This document shows positions 45,482-56,200 of a stretch of DNA of 64,000 nucleotides, piece after piece. Numbering within the stretch: the stretch's first letter is position 1; the number at the start of each line of letters is the position of its first letter. The notes beneath the pieces are model-generated. The model saw only the letters and a list, made by a program, of their open reading frames with translations. It was not told the DNA's origin and searched no databases. The DNA is taken from positions 1 through 64,000 of the IMG/VR virus record IMGVR_UViG_3300042386_001233; one strand, given 5' to 3'. Position numbers and translations under genes: made by a program.

Positions 45482-48400
45482 ATGCTAGATATTATAGGAT
45501 TAAATTCCGCAAACTATAACAATTGTATAGAATGGAGATATATCCCAGGAGATTTAACTACTGTTGGATATAACGGAGGTCCAAGTCAATACAATACATA
45601 TGATCAGTCTGGTAATATCTGGGAGTGGACAGAAGAGTTTGATACTATCAGTGTTGGCGGAAACGATTACTATTATAGAAGAATTCGAGGAGGTTCTTTT
45701 AGGGATAGTGCTCAAACTTTATCTTCTTTGTATACTCATTCAAGACATATTCCCGGTAGTGCCGAAGCAGACAATAATCTTGTTATTAAGGATAATATTG
45801 GTTTTAGGTTGATTTCTAGTGGAAATCCTTTATCTCTACAGCATTTTGTTAATGTTGGAGATATCAACAATTCTCCTCTGGTATTGACCGGAGATTATGC
45901 TGGTTCATATGGTTCTGTTAATTACGAGTATTTAATAAATCAAATACCTGTAACTAATGATGATTATGTAGTTTTTTTAAATACTGTTGATTCTAATGGG
46001 ACTAGGATTCAACTAAGCGAAACCTTCAATGCCTCTGGTCAATCTACTGCAAATAATCAAAATGTATTATATCATTTTTATATGTCTTCTGATCAAAGAG
46101 GTGGCATAGAGTTTAATAGTGGTGAAGTTGTTGGTAGAAAATATAAATCTAAAAGTAATATGGGCAATAAGCCTGTAAATTTTATTACTTGGTATATGGC
46201 TGCAAGTTATTGCAACTGGCTACATAACAAGGTTTCTGATCCAGATACTACCACAACTAATACGGGGGCTTATGACTTATCGTTAGATGATAATCTTATA
46301 GTTCGCGCTAATGATAGTTATTATAGCTTGCCGTCGGACAATGAATGGTTCAAAGCCGCTTATTACAAGGGCGGTTCATCAGATGCCGGTTATTGGACTT
46401 ATGCAACAAGGTCAGATTCTGATCCAACATGTATTGATGTTGACGAAAACGGAATAGGCCCATGGCAAAAATCTCAAGATTATGTTAGTATACCATTAAA
46501 TAATTTGGTTATCGGTAATAGTTATACTGTTAATTTCGAAATATCAAAAACATCACCGTATTCTGTAGATCTAGATAAGAATAGCTATTCTTTCATCGCT
46601 TCTGCTCCTACTGAGAGTGTTGTTGTTTGTGTCACTAAATATTTAATAGTAGATTTTGCTATTATAATATACTCATTAACAAATAATAATTCTGGACTAC
46701 TTGAATCTGTTGATTCTGTAGTTTTACAATGCTCTTCTAGAAATTCTTGTAAACTTACTCGCACCCCAACTCCTACTAAAACTGTTACTCCAACACCAGC
46801 AGCTAGTCAGAGTCCTACTCCAACAATAACTCCTACTCCGTCGAGAACTCCAACAATAACGCCAACAATTACAGTTACCTCAACTGCTACTCCAACAGTT
46901 ACTCGAACAGTAACGCCCACCCCGTCTCTTACAGCTTCTGAAACTGCTACTCCGACAGCCACAAGAACATCCACTCCCACGCCAACACCAACAATTACTG
47001 TAACAAGAACAGTAACCCCAACCATAACAGTAACTAGAAGCGAAACACCAACTCCAACAGTAACTAAAACAACAACACCAACTCCAACAGTAACTAAAAC
47101 AACAACACCAACCCCAGCAGCTAGTCAAACACCAACGCCAACTGTTACTCCAACAATAACAGCATCTAGAACCCCAACCACTACAGCTACTCCAACCATT
47201 ACCATTACTCCTAGTATTACTATAACTAGAAGCGAAACACCGACTCCAACAGTTACTAGAACAAATACTAGAACTCCAACAGTAACACCATCAGTAACAG
47301 CTTCATTAACTCCAACTATAACAGTAACTAAAACAACAACACCAACAGTTACTCCAACAGTCACCCCTACTCCATCAAGACCATTTGCTTTTGTCAGCAC
47401 ATGGAATACATTAAGTACTAGTACTGGTAGTAGTACGACTAGTCGAATTAAACTACCATTAATATTAGGTGGTACTTATAACTTTATTGTTAACTGGGGA
47501 GATGGAAATAGTAATAATATAACATCTTGGAACCAATCCGAGGTGACTCATACGTATGCTAGTACTGGTATTAAAACCATAACTATTACTGGAACTATCA
47601 AAGGATGGGAATTTAATAATAGTGGAGATAGATTAAAGATTACTAATATTAGCAATTGGGGTCCGTTGGATATGAATGTGACTGGCAGTTCCAGAAACTT
47701 TAATGGTTGTGCTAATTTAAATATTACTACTGGAGGATCTCCAGTTATGCCAACCAATTGTACTGGTATGTTTGAGGGTTGTAGTGCTCTTGTTGGAGTT
47801 GGCATTAACGATTTTAATATGGCGACCGTAACCAATACTTCATATATGTTCTCTTCTTGTTCGCTTTTTAATGCTCCAATTAATAATTGGAATACTAGTA
47901 GCGTAACTAATATGAGTGGCATGTTCTTTGAAGCTATTAGCTTTAATCAGCAAATAGGAACTTGGAATACTAGTAGAGTTACTAATATGAGCAGCATGTT
48001 TAATGGGGCTTCAGGTTTTAATCAGCCATTAAATACTTGGAATACTTCAGCAGTAACTAATATGAGTAGCATGTTTACTAGTACAGGGCAGTATAATCAA
48101 AGCATGAGCAGTTGGGACACCAGCAAGGTTACTAATATGAGTAGCATGTTTCTCAATGCTTTATCTTTTAATCAAGATATTAGTATGTGGAATATATCAT
48201 TAGTGGTATCTATGAATGATATGTTAAGAGGTACCAGTTTTAATCAAACCAACTACCATGCTTTACTTACTTCTTGGGGTAGTAGTACTACCCCCACTCA
48301 AAACAATGTTACTCTTGCTGTTGATCAAGAATATTCTTCAATAAATGCTACAATAGTAAGTAGAAGACTATATTTAATAAATACTAAGGGTTGGAATATT

Positions 48401-49228
48401 ATTGATTATGGTAATGAAACTAGTATGATAGTTAGATATAATAGTACAAATATTACTTGGCAGGTTAATAACGGTTGGCAATGGACGAATGAATTATACT
48501 CTATATTAAAACCACAAAATGATACCATAGTAGAAGTTAACTGGGGAAATGGACAAAATTTTGTATATAATTCGAGTAATGCTATATTAGCAGGAGTCTA
48601 TTCTCCTACTTATGCTGCTAGTACTACATATACCATTAGAATAACAAAAAGGAGTGGTACTGGACTTATTGAACTTGGCCCTTCTGCAAATCATACTGCC
48701 GGTCAGACGTATGGTATGCCACAATATTATACTCCATTTCAAAATAGCGTAACTGCCATAGATAGATTTGGTAGTAATATTAAACTTAGATCTGGAGAAA
48801 ATCACTTCGCCTATTATAATAATCTGGTTTCTGTTTCTAGTACGGACGCACCTATTAATCCATCAGATAATTCCTACCGTAATATCTTTCTTAACTGTTC
48901 AAACTTTGTTGGAACTGGTTTGAACAATTGGAATACTAGCTCTATAACTAATATGTTTGGTGCATTTCAGAATAATTCTAGTTTCACTTTTGATTTGAGA
49001 AACTGGAATTTATCTAATGTTACAGATATGGGTCAGATGCTGTTGAACGCTACTAGTTTTGGTACCGGCAACTACAGTTTTCTGTTGCAGCACTTAAATG
49101 ACAATAATACTAAAAATAATGTTCCTTTAAGAAGTAGTTCTAGATATTTTAATCAAGCCAGCGTAACTTCTGCAAGAGCGTCTTTGGTGGCAAGAGGATG
49201 GACTATTATCGATTTAGGAGCAATATAA
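45482..49228 (+). CDS. Adhesin-like protein: permuted FGE/CLec domain, Thr/Pro linker, PKD-like domain, BspA/DUF285 repeats
   Basis: Start preferred at ATG 45482 (GAGGA upstream; the track starts at TTG 45476). Repeats WNTSxVTNMSxMF..FNQ; VNWGDG PKD-like motif. Confidence 0.8.
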   Translation: MLDIIGLNSANYNNCIEWRYIPGDLTTVGYNGGPSQYNTYDQSGNIWEWTEEFDTISVGGNDYYYRRIRGGSFRDSAQTLSSLYTHSRHIPGSAEADNNLVIKDNIGFRLISSGNPLSLQHFVNVGDINNSPLVLTGDYAGSYGSVNYEYLINQIPVTNDDYVVFLNTVDSNGTRIQLSETFNASGQSTANNQNVLYHFYMSSDQRGGIEFNSGEVVGRKYKSKSNMGNKPVNFITWYMAASYCNWLHNKVSDPDTTTTNTGAYDLSLDDNLIVRANDSYYSLPSDNEWFKAAYYKGGSSDAGYWTYATRSDSDPTCIDVDENGIGPWQKSQDYVSIPLNNLVIGNSYTVNFEISKTSPYSVDLDKNSYSFIASAPTESVVVCVTKYLIVDFAIIIYSLTNNNSGLLESVDSVVLQCSSRNSCKLTRTPTPTKTVTPTPAASQSPTPTITPTPSRTPTITPTITVTSTATPTVTRTVTPTPSLTASETATPTATRTSTPTPTPTITVTRTVTPTITVTRSETPTPTVTKTTTPTPTVTKTTTPTPAASQTPTPTVTPTITASRTPTTTATPTITITPSITITRSETPTPTVTRTNTRTPTVTPSVTASLTPTITVTKTTTPTVTPTVTPTPSRPFAFVSTWNTLSTSTGSSTTSRIKLPLILGGTYNFIVNWGDGNSNNITSWNQSEVTHTYASTGIKTITITGTIKGWEFNNSGDRLKITNISNWGPLDMNVTGSSRNFNGCANLNITTGGSPVMPTNCTGMFEGCSALVGVGINDFNMATVTNTSYMFSSCSLFNAPINNWNTSSVTNMSGMFFEAISFNQQIGTWNTSRVTNMSSMFNGASGFNQPLNTWNTSAVTNMSSMFTSTGQYNQSMSSWDTSKVTNMSSMFLNALSFNQDISMWNISLVVSMNDMLRGTSFNQTNYHALLTSWGSSTTPTQNNVTLAVDQEYSSINATIVSRRLYLINTKGWNIIDYGNETSMIVRYNSTNITWQVNNGWQWTNELYSILKPQNDTIVEVNWGNGQNFVYNSSNAILAGVYSPTYAASTTYTIRITKRSGTGLIELGPSANHTAGQTYGMPQYYTPFQNSVTAIDRFGSNIKLRSGENHFAYYNNLVSVSSTDAPINPSDNSYRNIFLNCSNFVGTGLNNWNTSSITNMFGAFQNNSSFTFDLRNWNLSNVTDMGQMLLNATSFGTGNYSFLLQHLNDNNTKNNVPLRSSSRYFNQASVTSARASLVARGWTIIDLGAI
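46760..47375 (+). repeat. Thr/Pro-rich low-complexity coding repeat including an exact 30-nt tandem duplication
   Basis: TPTxTxT units; ACACCAACTCCAACAGTAACTAAAACAACA at 47045-47074 and 47075-47104. Confidence 0.9.
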
Positions 49229-49674
49229 TGAGATTAATAAACAATATTAGCAAATACATGTATTACTATATATCGGAGAATCAAAGCTACGGGTTTCTTA
49301 ATTTTGGACAACAACTAGAGACAAATAAAAATATTGTTTCTTTTTTATCAGTTGAAGAATGGAAAAATCATATTAATACTGAACTAGCAACAGATATTTG
49401 GCTGAATGAAGATTTAAAAAAGGAACTAGAAGAGCAAACTAAAGATACAGCAAAACATAGCGATGTTGGATATTTAACAGCTTACAACTTTAGACTACCA
49501 GTAAATGAAGAAACTGATTCTAAGCTTAATCAACTATTATCGTCCAACACAGATCCTGTGCGGATAACTGCTATGTCGGGTGACGTTTATACTCTAAGCA
49601 AAGCCGATCTAATATCTTTGATTGATCAATATACAAAAGACAAACCCTTATATCTAGCTATGGTAGAGAAATAA
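49228..49674 (+). CDS. Hypothetical protein, possible fibre chaperone
   Basis: Start moved to ATG 49228 (TAATG overlap, AGGAG 7 nt upstream); follows the adhesin gene. Confidence 0.55.
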   Translation: MRLINNISKYMYYYISENQSYGFLNFGQQLETNKNIVSFLSVEEWKNHINTELATDIWLNEDLKKELEEQTKDTAKHSDVGYLTAYNFRLPVNEETDSKLNQLLSSNTDPVRITAMSGDVYTLSKADLISLIDQYTKDKPLYLAMVEK

Positions 49675-49675
49675 T

Positions 49676-51226
49676 ATGTTATTAACTTGCAATAGTGCTA
49701 ATTACGGAAGCAGAGCAGACTGGAATACGTTAGATGGCAACGTATCAACAGTTGGCTCTAATGGTAAAAGTAGCTACTATGGCACTTTTGATCAAACTGG
49801 AAATGTTAATGAGCTATTAGACACTATTAGCGGTAGCTATCCTGTGGTCCGTGGAGGCTCTTTTAATAACGACCAAACCTATCTAACTAAAACATGGTTT
49901 AGCACCCAGGCTCTGGATGGGAAAAGTAGCAATATAGGATTCAGAATAGCAAAAGCATCTTCAAGCATAGATTCCACAAACTACGTATTAGTTGAAAATG
50001 CTGAAAATAATGGAGATAGTAGCAATAATGATTTTGGTAGAGTTAATTATAGTTATCAAATAAAAAAATATTTAGTAACAAATAGTGAATATGTAGAGTT
50101 TTTGAATGCCATTTCTACTAAACCAAATGGATTAGAATTATGGCGTGCTGATATGGGAGACCCTAATAGGAGAGGTGGTATAAGCCGCACTTTAGTTAAC
50201 ACATCATATGTCTATGCCGCTCTGCCAAACATGGGAAACAAGCCAGTCAATTATATCAATTGGTTTAATGCTGTTAGGTACATCAACTGGCTTCATAATG
50301 GTAAGCTTACTGGAACACCAACAGCTGGAACCACAGAAAGTGGTGTTTATACATTATCTAATAATATAATTCAGGGTACTAATAAGCCATCACCAGCTAA
50401 TAAAAATTCATACTGGCTTCCTTCTGAAGATGAGTGGTATAAAGCAGCATACTATGACCCTAATAAAAACGGACTTGGTTTACCAGGATACTGGACTTAT
50501 GCAACAATGTCTGATTCTGTTCCTGATGCTGCTGTTGTTGATGCGGCAGGAACAGCAAACAATACATATAGTAATCCTAATATTTGTATTAGCCCCACAC
50601 CAACCCCAACAGTTACGCCGTCTATTACGGCGTCTCCAACAGTTACTCCTAGTATAACGGTGTCGTTATCTTCAACAGCAACTGTTACTCCAACAGTAAC
50701 TCCAACTATAACTATTACATCTAGTGTTACTCCTACTAAAACACCTACTAAAACACCAACCATGACTCGCAGTTTAACTCCAACACCAAGCCTAACTGCT
50801 AGTGTTAGTCCTAGTATTACTGTTTCAATATCTCCGACCAGAACCCCTACAATGACTAGGACTCTAACTCCAACAGTTACTCCTACTGCTAGTGTCACGG
50901 TTACTCCTTCAAAAAGTTTATGTGCTCAGAAGAAATTAGGAGAATTATTATATCAAAGTGCTGTTTATGTAAATGATGACATTCAAGTATTACATAAAGG
51001 ATTTTTATTACAAGGTAAATTATCTCCAAACGTTAGTTTACTATCTGAGCAACCTAATGCTTCTCCAACGCCGACCAATACTGTTAGTCCAACGAATACT
51101 CCAACCATAACAGTTACCAGAACGTTAACGGCAACCCCTACCCTAACTAGAACATTAACGCCAACTCCTACCACAACAAGTACACTGACACCAACACCAA
51201 CTCCTACTCCGTCATCTAGCGGTTAG
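49676..51226 (+). CDS. Permuted FGE/CLec-domain protein with Thr/Pro-rich C-terminal half
   Basis: 516 aa. YGTFDQTGNV..RGGSF..GFRIA is followed by YQIKKYLVTN..EWYKAAYYDP; PT-rich tracts run to the C-terminus. Confidence 0.8.
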   Translation: MLLTCNSANYGSRADWNTLDGNVSTVGSNGKSSYYGTFDQTGNVNELLDTISGSYPVVRGGSFNNDQTYLTKTWFSTQALDGKSSNIGFRIAKASSSIDSTNYVLVENAENNGDSSNNDFGRVNYSYQIKKYLVTNSEYVEFLNAISTKPNGLELWRADMGDPNRRGGISRTLVNTSYVYAALPNMGNKPVNYINWFNAVRYINWLHNGKLTGTPTAGTTESGVYTLSNNIIQGTNKPSPANKNSYWLPSEDEWYKAAYYDPNKNGLGLPGYWTYATMSDSVPDAAVVDAAGTANNTYSNPNICISPTPTPTVTPSITASPTVTPSITVSLSSTATVTPTVTPTITITSSVTPTKTPTKTPTMTRSLTPTPSLTASVSPSITVSISPTRTPTMTRTLTPTVTPTASVTVTPSKSLCAQKKLGELLYQSAVYVNDDIQVLHKGFLLQGKLSPNVSLLSEQPNASPTPTNTVSPTNTPTITVTRTLTATPTLTRTLTPTPTTTSTLTPTPTPTPSSSG

Positions 51227-51251
51227 TATTTATACAAGGACTTAGGACTTT

Positions 51252-53282
51252 ATGGTATATTCTCAAGACTTTTTAGACGCTACATTAGATAATATTAATA
51301 ATATAACAGCTATGACTGCAGGATCAACATCGAATGGTCCGGTCGTACAGGTGTTGTTCAATGGTAGCGGGGTTCATAGTGTGGGCGGACCAACACCATT
51401 TGTTGAAATATCAACATCTGTTGAAAGCAATTCTGTTGGTATTCCAGAATCAACAACTACCAAAATAACACTAACTGGTAAAATTGTTAGACCACAAGCA
51501 GCTAGTGCCACAGGTAGTGGTATTAGTCATGTATTGAGCGGTATTAAGGGTTTAGAGAATTTATTTAAACCAGATTCTTTTGGTAACTTTGAAATTACAT
51601 GTAATTCTAGTAGTGCTGGATCAAGTTCATCTACTCCTAGTAATCTTTATGGTATTAGTGGAGTTAAGGTTGTTAGTATAGATATTGGTAAAACTAGTGA
51701 TAATTGGGTACAGACAGCTGACTATACGATAGTATTAGAAGGATACAAAAGCGCAATATCAGGTTATTCTGTAAAGGGATTAGTCGATTCATGGAGTGTA
51801 GAATCATTAGAAGACTATACATATAGTAATTTTACAATTAATGGAATAACACAAAAACTAGAATATCATAACCCCAACTTAAAACCGACAGCACCATCAC
51901 CTAGTGCTCCACAACCAGTTCAAACCCAATCTGGAGGATCTAGTGGAGGAATGAGTCCGAATATTAATAATGCTACATTAAATGTTGTTAGTATTCCACA
52001 ATTTAAAGTTAGTCATACTGTTAGCGCGATTGGAATACCAAGTGGCACTGGTTCTAATACTGGTTTAATGAATTCGGTCTATTTAAATGCTAAAAACTGG
52101 GTAGAATCTAGACTAAATCTTAGTTTAACAGCCAATACCAGCATCCCTAGTGGCGTAATTTCTCTTAACGGATCGTCTACCCCTCCGTATCATTTAGCTA
52201 CAGGATATCTATATAATCATATTCGTAATACTAATTTTAGTATAATGGAAGGCAAATATGAAGTAGTAGATAATTGGATAGCTATGCCAACAGGTATTGG
52301 TTTCGTAGAAGACTACTCTATAGATATGTCTACTGACGAAAAATATCTTCATACTATTAGTGTTAAAGGAGAAATTAGAGGATTATCTTTAGGCGGTCTT
52401 TTTGGTGGTTCTGGTCATACTCATGTGACTACAGGAAATCAGATTAATATTCCTCTGATAACAGGATATGGAGGAACCGCAGGTGGTGCACTAAGTCATA
52501 CTGTTCCAGATGTTACACCATTAACAGGAAGTCAAGCAGGAACTATAACATCAAATAAATATCAAAACGCATTAAGTGGATGGATATATGATATTAAACC
52601 ATATTTATATCGTAGAGCTTGCGTAGCTATGAGTACTGCTGATAGAACTGTTGGATATGTTGCTCCATACAGCGTCGGCTCGGCTGCTCAACCACCCAAT
52701 AATCCTGTTTATGCTAAGCACGGTTTATTAAATATTATTCCAGTATCAACTTCAGAATCTCATAATACTCGTAAAGGTACTATTTCTTATTCTTATGATT
52801 TTAATAATAAGTTCACTATGATTAGTGGAGTAATTGCAGAAAGCGTAAACATAGAAGATAGTGGTCCGGTTGATGTTATAGGAGAAGCTTTCGTATTAGG
52901 TCGTGCTCTTGGGCCGGTTTTACAAAACCTTGGAACAAAAACCACAGCAAAAAAGAGCGTATCTATAGAAGTTACTGTTGTTCCACCATCTAGTTTGGCC
53001 GGATTTTTCATGCAGAATAATGTTTGTCCATTGTGGACAGGAGGAACAATATTTACTACTATTACAGGCATATTGGAGGCTTTAAAACCATTCGGAGATA
53101 GAGCATCATCATTTATTGGAAGTTCTGCTGTTACTCGTGTGGGAAGCGCAACCAACGCCGAGGGACAAGTATTCGTATCTCAAGACAACCAAAGTTGGGA
53201 TCCTACTAATGGGAAATATGTTCGCTCTGTTGCTTGGAATTATCAACAATGTACAAATTCTAGGAACTGGTTAAATCACTAA
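51252..53282 (+). CDS. Putative distal-tail/baseplate structural protein
   Basis: 676 aa; beta-rich and Ser/Thr/Gly-rich; called from synteny only. Confidence 0.45.
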   Translation: MVYSQDFLDATLDNINNITAMTAGSTSNGPVVQVLFNGSGVHSVGGPTPFVEISTSVESNSVGIPESTTTKITLTGKIVRPQAASATGSGISHVLSGIKGLENLFKPDSFGNFEITCNSSSAGSSSSTPSNLYGISGVKVVSIDIGKTSDNWVQTADYTIVLEGYKSAISGYSVKGLVDSWSVESLEDYTYSNFTINGITQKLEYHNPNLKPTAPSPSAPQPVQTQSGGSSGGMSPNINNATLNVVSIPQFKVSHTVSAIGIPSGTGSNTGLMNSVYLNAKNWVESRLNLSLTANTSIPSGVISLNGSSTPPYHLATGYLYNHIRNTNFSIMEGKYEVVDNWIAMPTGIGFVEDYSIDMSTDEKYLHTISVKGEIRGLSLGGLFGGSGHTHVTTGNQINIPLITGYGGTAGGALSHTVPDVTPLTGSQAGTITSNKYQNALSGWIYDIKPYLYRRACVAMSTADRTVGYVAPYSVGSAAQPPNNPVYAKHGLLNIIPVSTSESHNTRKGTISYSYDFNNKFTMISGVIAESVNIEDSGPVDVIGEAFVLGRALGPVLQNLGTKTTAKKSVSIEVTVVPPSSLAGFFMQNNVCPLWTGGTIFTTITGILEALKPFGDRASSFIGSSAVTRVGSATNAEGQVFVSQDNQSWDPTNGKYVRSVAWNYQQCTNSRNWLNH

Positions 53283-53284
53283 TT

Positions 53285-56200
53285 ATGCCAACAAGACCGT
53301 GTAGTTCTGAACCTAAACAGATTGCTCAAACATTATTTTTAGGAGCTAGCGTAGCCAGCTATAGCACTAATATTGGTTGGGGTAGTCAACCATCTCAAAT
53401 TACTGTTAATCTTATAGAGGATGAAGTTGCACCAAAATGTTTGCCAAATACGAATGGAAATCCTACTGGTCAAACATATAATCAGTTTGTTGCGTCGTCT
53501 CATGGCAGTACAGATGATCATTATCATACTTGTGCTGGTGCGAGTAACATTGATTGTTATATTGACAAGTATACTGGAGCAGCCGCTACTTCAACTACTC
53601 CTGTTGAAAATCGTATTTTACCAGGAAAAGTTTACTATAATTTAGACTCTACTACTGGCACCTTAAAATCTCGCTATTGGAAAAAGCCAGATCCAGGATT
53701 TTTTGGAAATAGCACAAAAATAGACAGAGCAGGAGCTGATCAAACTGCTGGAACAATAACCTATAAATATGATATTATTGATACTCCTGTTTATTTTAAA
53801 ATGGGTAATTTTACTTTTGGTGGTTTTGTACAATCTTGGTCAAGAAATTTAAATAGTGGAGGAAAACAATACAGTGTTATAATTAATGGTCCATCAGCTA
53901 TTTTAAAATCTTGTTATGTCATAGTAGATAAATTTACTGGAGCTATTTTTAGCAGAAACACAAATTCATATTATGGTACTCCTAAAAATTATACCAAAGT
54001 TAATTCTGATGTTACTTATGATAGTACCCTTTTACAAAGGGGGATTTTGCCTAATGTTTTTAATGCTTATGGTTTTTTAGAGTCTTTTGGAATAAATAGC
54101 TTTGGTGGTTCTGGCAAAAACGAAAATGGTATTAGTATCAACTATATTTTAGGGGCACTATCAGTATTAACATCAGTTGCTCCAGGAACTAGTCAAACAT
54201 TATGGGCTACTGGAACAGTTCTACCACGATCAGCCTTTTCACCATTTGGACGAATAGTGTCAAAATGTATGGCAAAAGACAAAGCAGATACTGAGTTATA
54301 TGACAATATAACAAATGGTTTTTCTTCATTTGGAGTTATTCCACCCCAACCGGCTAACATGGGCGCTCCTAATACTGAAGGTCGTGATAGATGTCAATTT
54401 GTTTTGGATTTAAATGATCTAATTTACTCAGATACTAACAGAACAATCAAAAGACTTCCGGATGATATTAGAATAACTGGGCCAGTAATGAGTATCATGG
54501 ACCTGATCGATACTGTTGCTGAAAAAACAGGACAAGACATTTTTATAGAAATGGTTCCCACTATTTTTAATAGTGTTGTTACCCATGTTATTAAAGTCAA
54601 GACTATATCTCGTTTACAACAACCTAGGCCCAACATTATTGAAAACACAATAAAAAAAATGGAATGTGAGGGATATTATATATCCTCAAACTCTTTTGGA
54701 AAAGAAAAAAATGAAACTCCAGCACGAGCCATGATTATTGGTGGACAACAACAAAGGTTATATCAGGTTAAAAGCTATAGATTAGCATATTCTCAATCTA
54801 ATTTTATTTATAATCCTAAAACTGGTTCTTTTGTCAACTATAGAGTATATAACCAGCCAGTTACTACTGCTTCTTCATTAGCACCATTTAATAATGCTAA
54901 TCAGTATGGTCATGGGAAAATAAAACCTGCAAATTTTTGTACTACTCGTAATAAGCCGTTAACAGATTATCTAAATAGCGACTACGATTTTTCTTATCAC
55001 GATATTGTTAACGACGAAGATAAGATTGTTGGAGCATCGGCTACTTTTACGTCTGGAGATAGTACATGGGCAGATACAAACGAAACAGGTAGTGGACTAA
55101 ATTGCATTCACGGTAATTATGCTAGCACTATAAAACTAAGACCTAACAATGCTCCGACCGCAAGTGAAGATAGATGGATACCATTATATATGGATACTAT
55201 CTGTCCATTTTTTGGATTTGTGAACGACGACACTGCTACAATTTCTGTTAATTCAACAAATTCTGATACAAATACTGATCAGAGAAGAATTCGTCCAGTA
55301 TGGTTAGATGCATGGACCGGACAAATCAATGTTGTAATCAATGTTAGCGAATTACCAGAACTAAACGTAAGTTTAACCAAAGCTAGTCTTGGCTCAAGTT
55401 TTACCCTACCATATAGCAACACCCGTTCTATACCCGGTGGGCAAAAAATATTTAATAGTACCGGAGAACTTAGTTCTCTACCAAATACTGAATATTTTTA
55501 TATCACAGAATCTGAAATAAGAGCAGCATTAGCTGGTTTTGATAATTTTTTAGTTTATTGTTTATCTAAAACATACAAGCCAGATCTTATAGAAATGGTT
55601 AGAAGGGCGTATTTTTTACAAACAAAAAACAAACTTACAGGATTGGGAGTTAGTGCTGCTGAAGCTGATTCAATAGCACATAAAGAAACAGATTGGTATT
55701 GGAAATTAATGGGTGGGAATATAGGCGGCGACTCATTATATCCAGTGCCTATTAGTCCAGATAAAAGCGATGGAAGTCAGTATATTCAAGAAAAGGCATT
55801 ACAAGATCTAAAGTTATTACATAAATTTGTAAGCGAAGTTGGTAAGCATTATGGTAAAAAATACATGGTTACAGCATGGAATTTACAAGCTTATAAAGAC
55901 GAAAGTTTATTTGGCGCTGCTTTTAGTACAACCCAGGGATATGGTTATATTTTTTCTGGAGATGGTAAGCTAACATATAACTATACTCCAACCAACGATG
56001 GAGCTTGGGAAGAATATGGTAATATTATTGATGATAGTATTGTTGTTGGAAGTCCAGAGTGGTATTCTATAACAGATGAACAGGGAAAAATTAAGCCATT
56101 ACTAGGATATAATAATAATTATAATTTTGATCATGTTAGATATGCAAAATGTGTAACTGCTAATAATGCTAATTTTAGGAATGTCAACAATGAGTGGAAT

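Noticed and set aside
35288-50570. Diversity-generating retroelement targeting the FGE/CLec domains
   Set aside because: No reverse transcriptase, Avd-like gene or non-coding template repeat is visible, and the three RGGS..GFR regions differ at all base types rather than only at adenines. A DGR elsewhere in the genome cannot be excluded.
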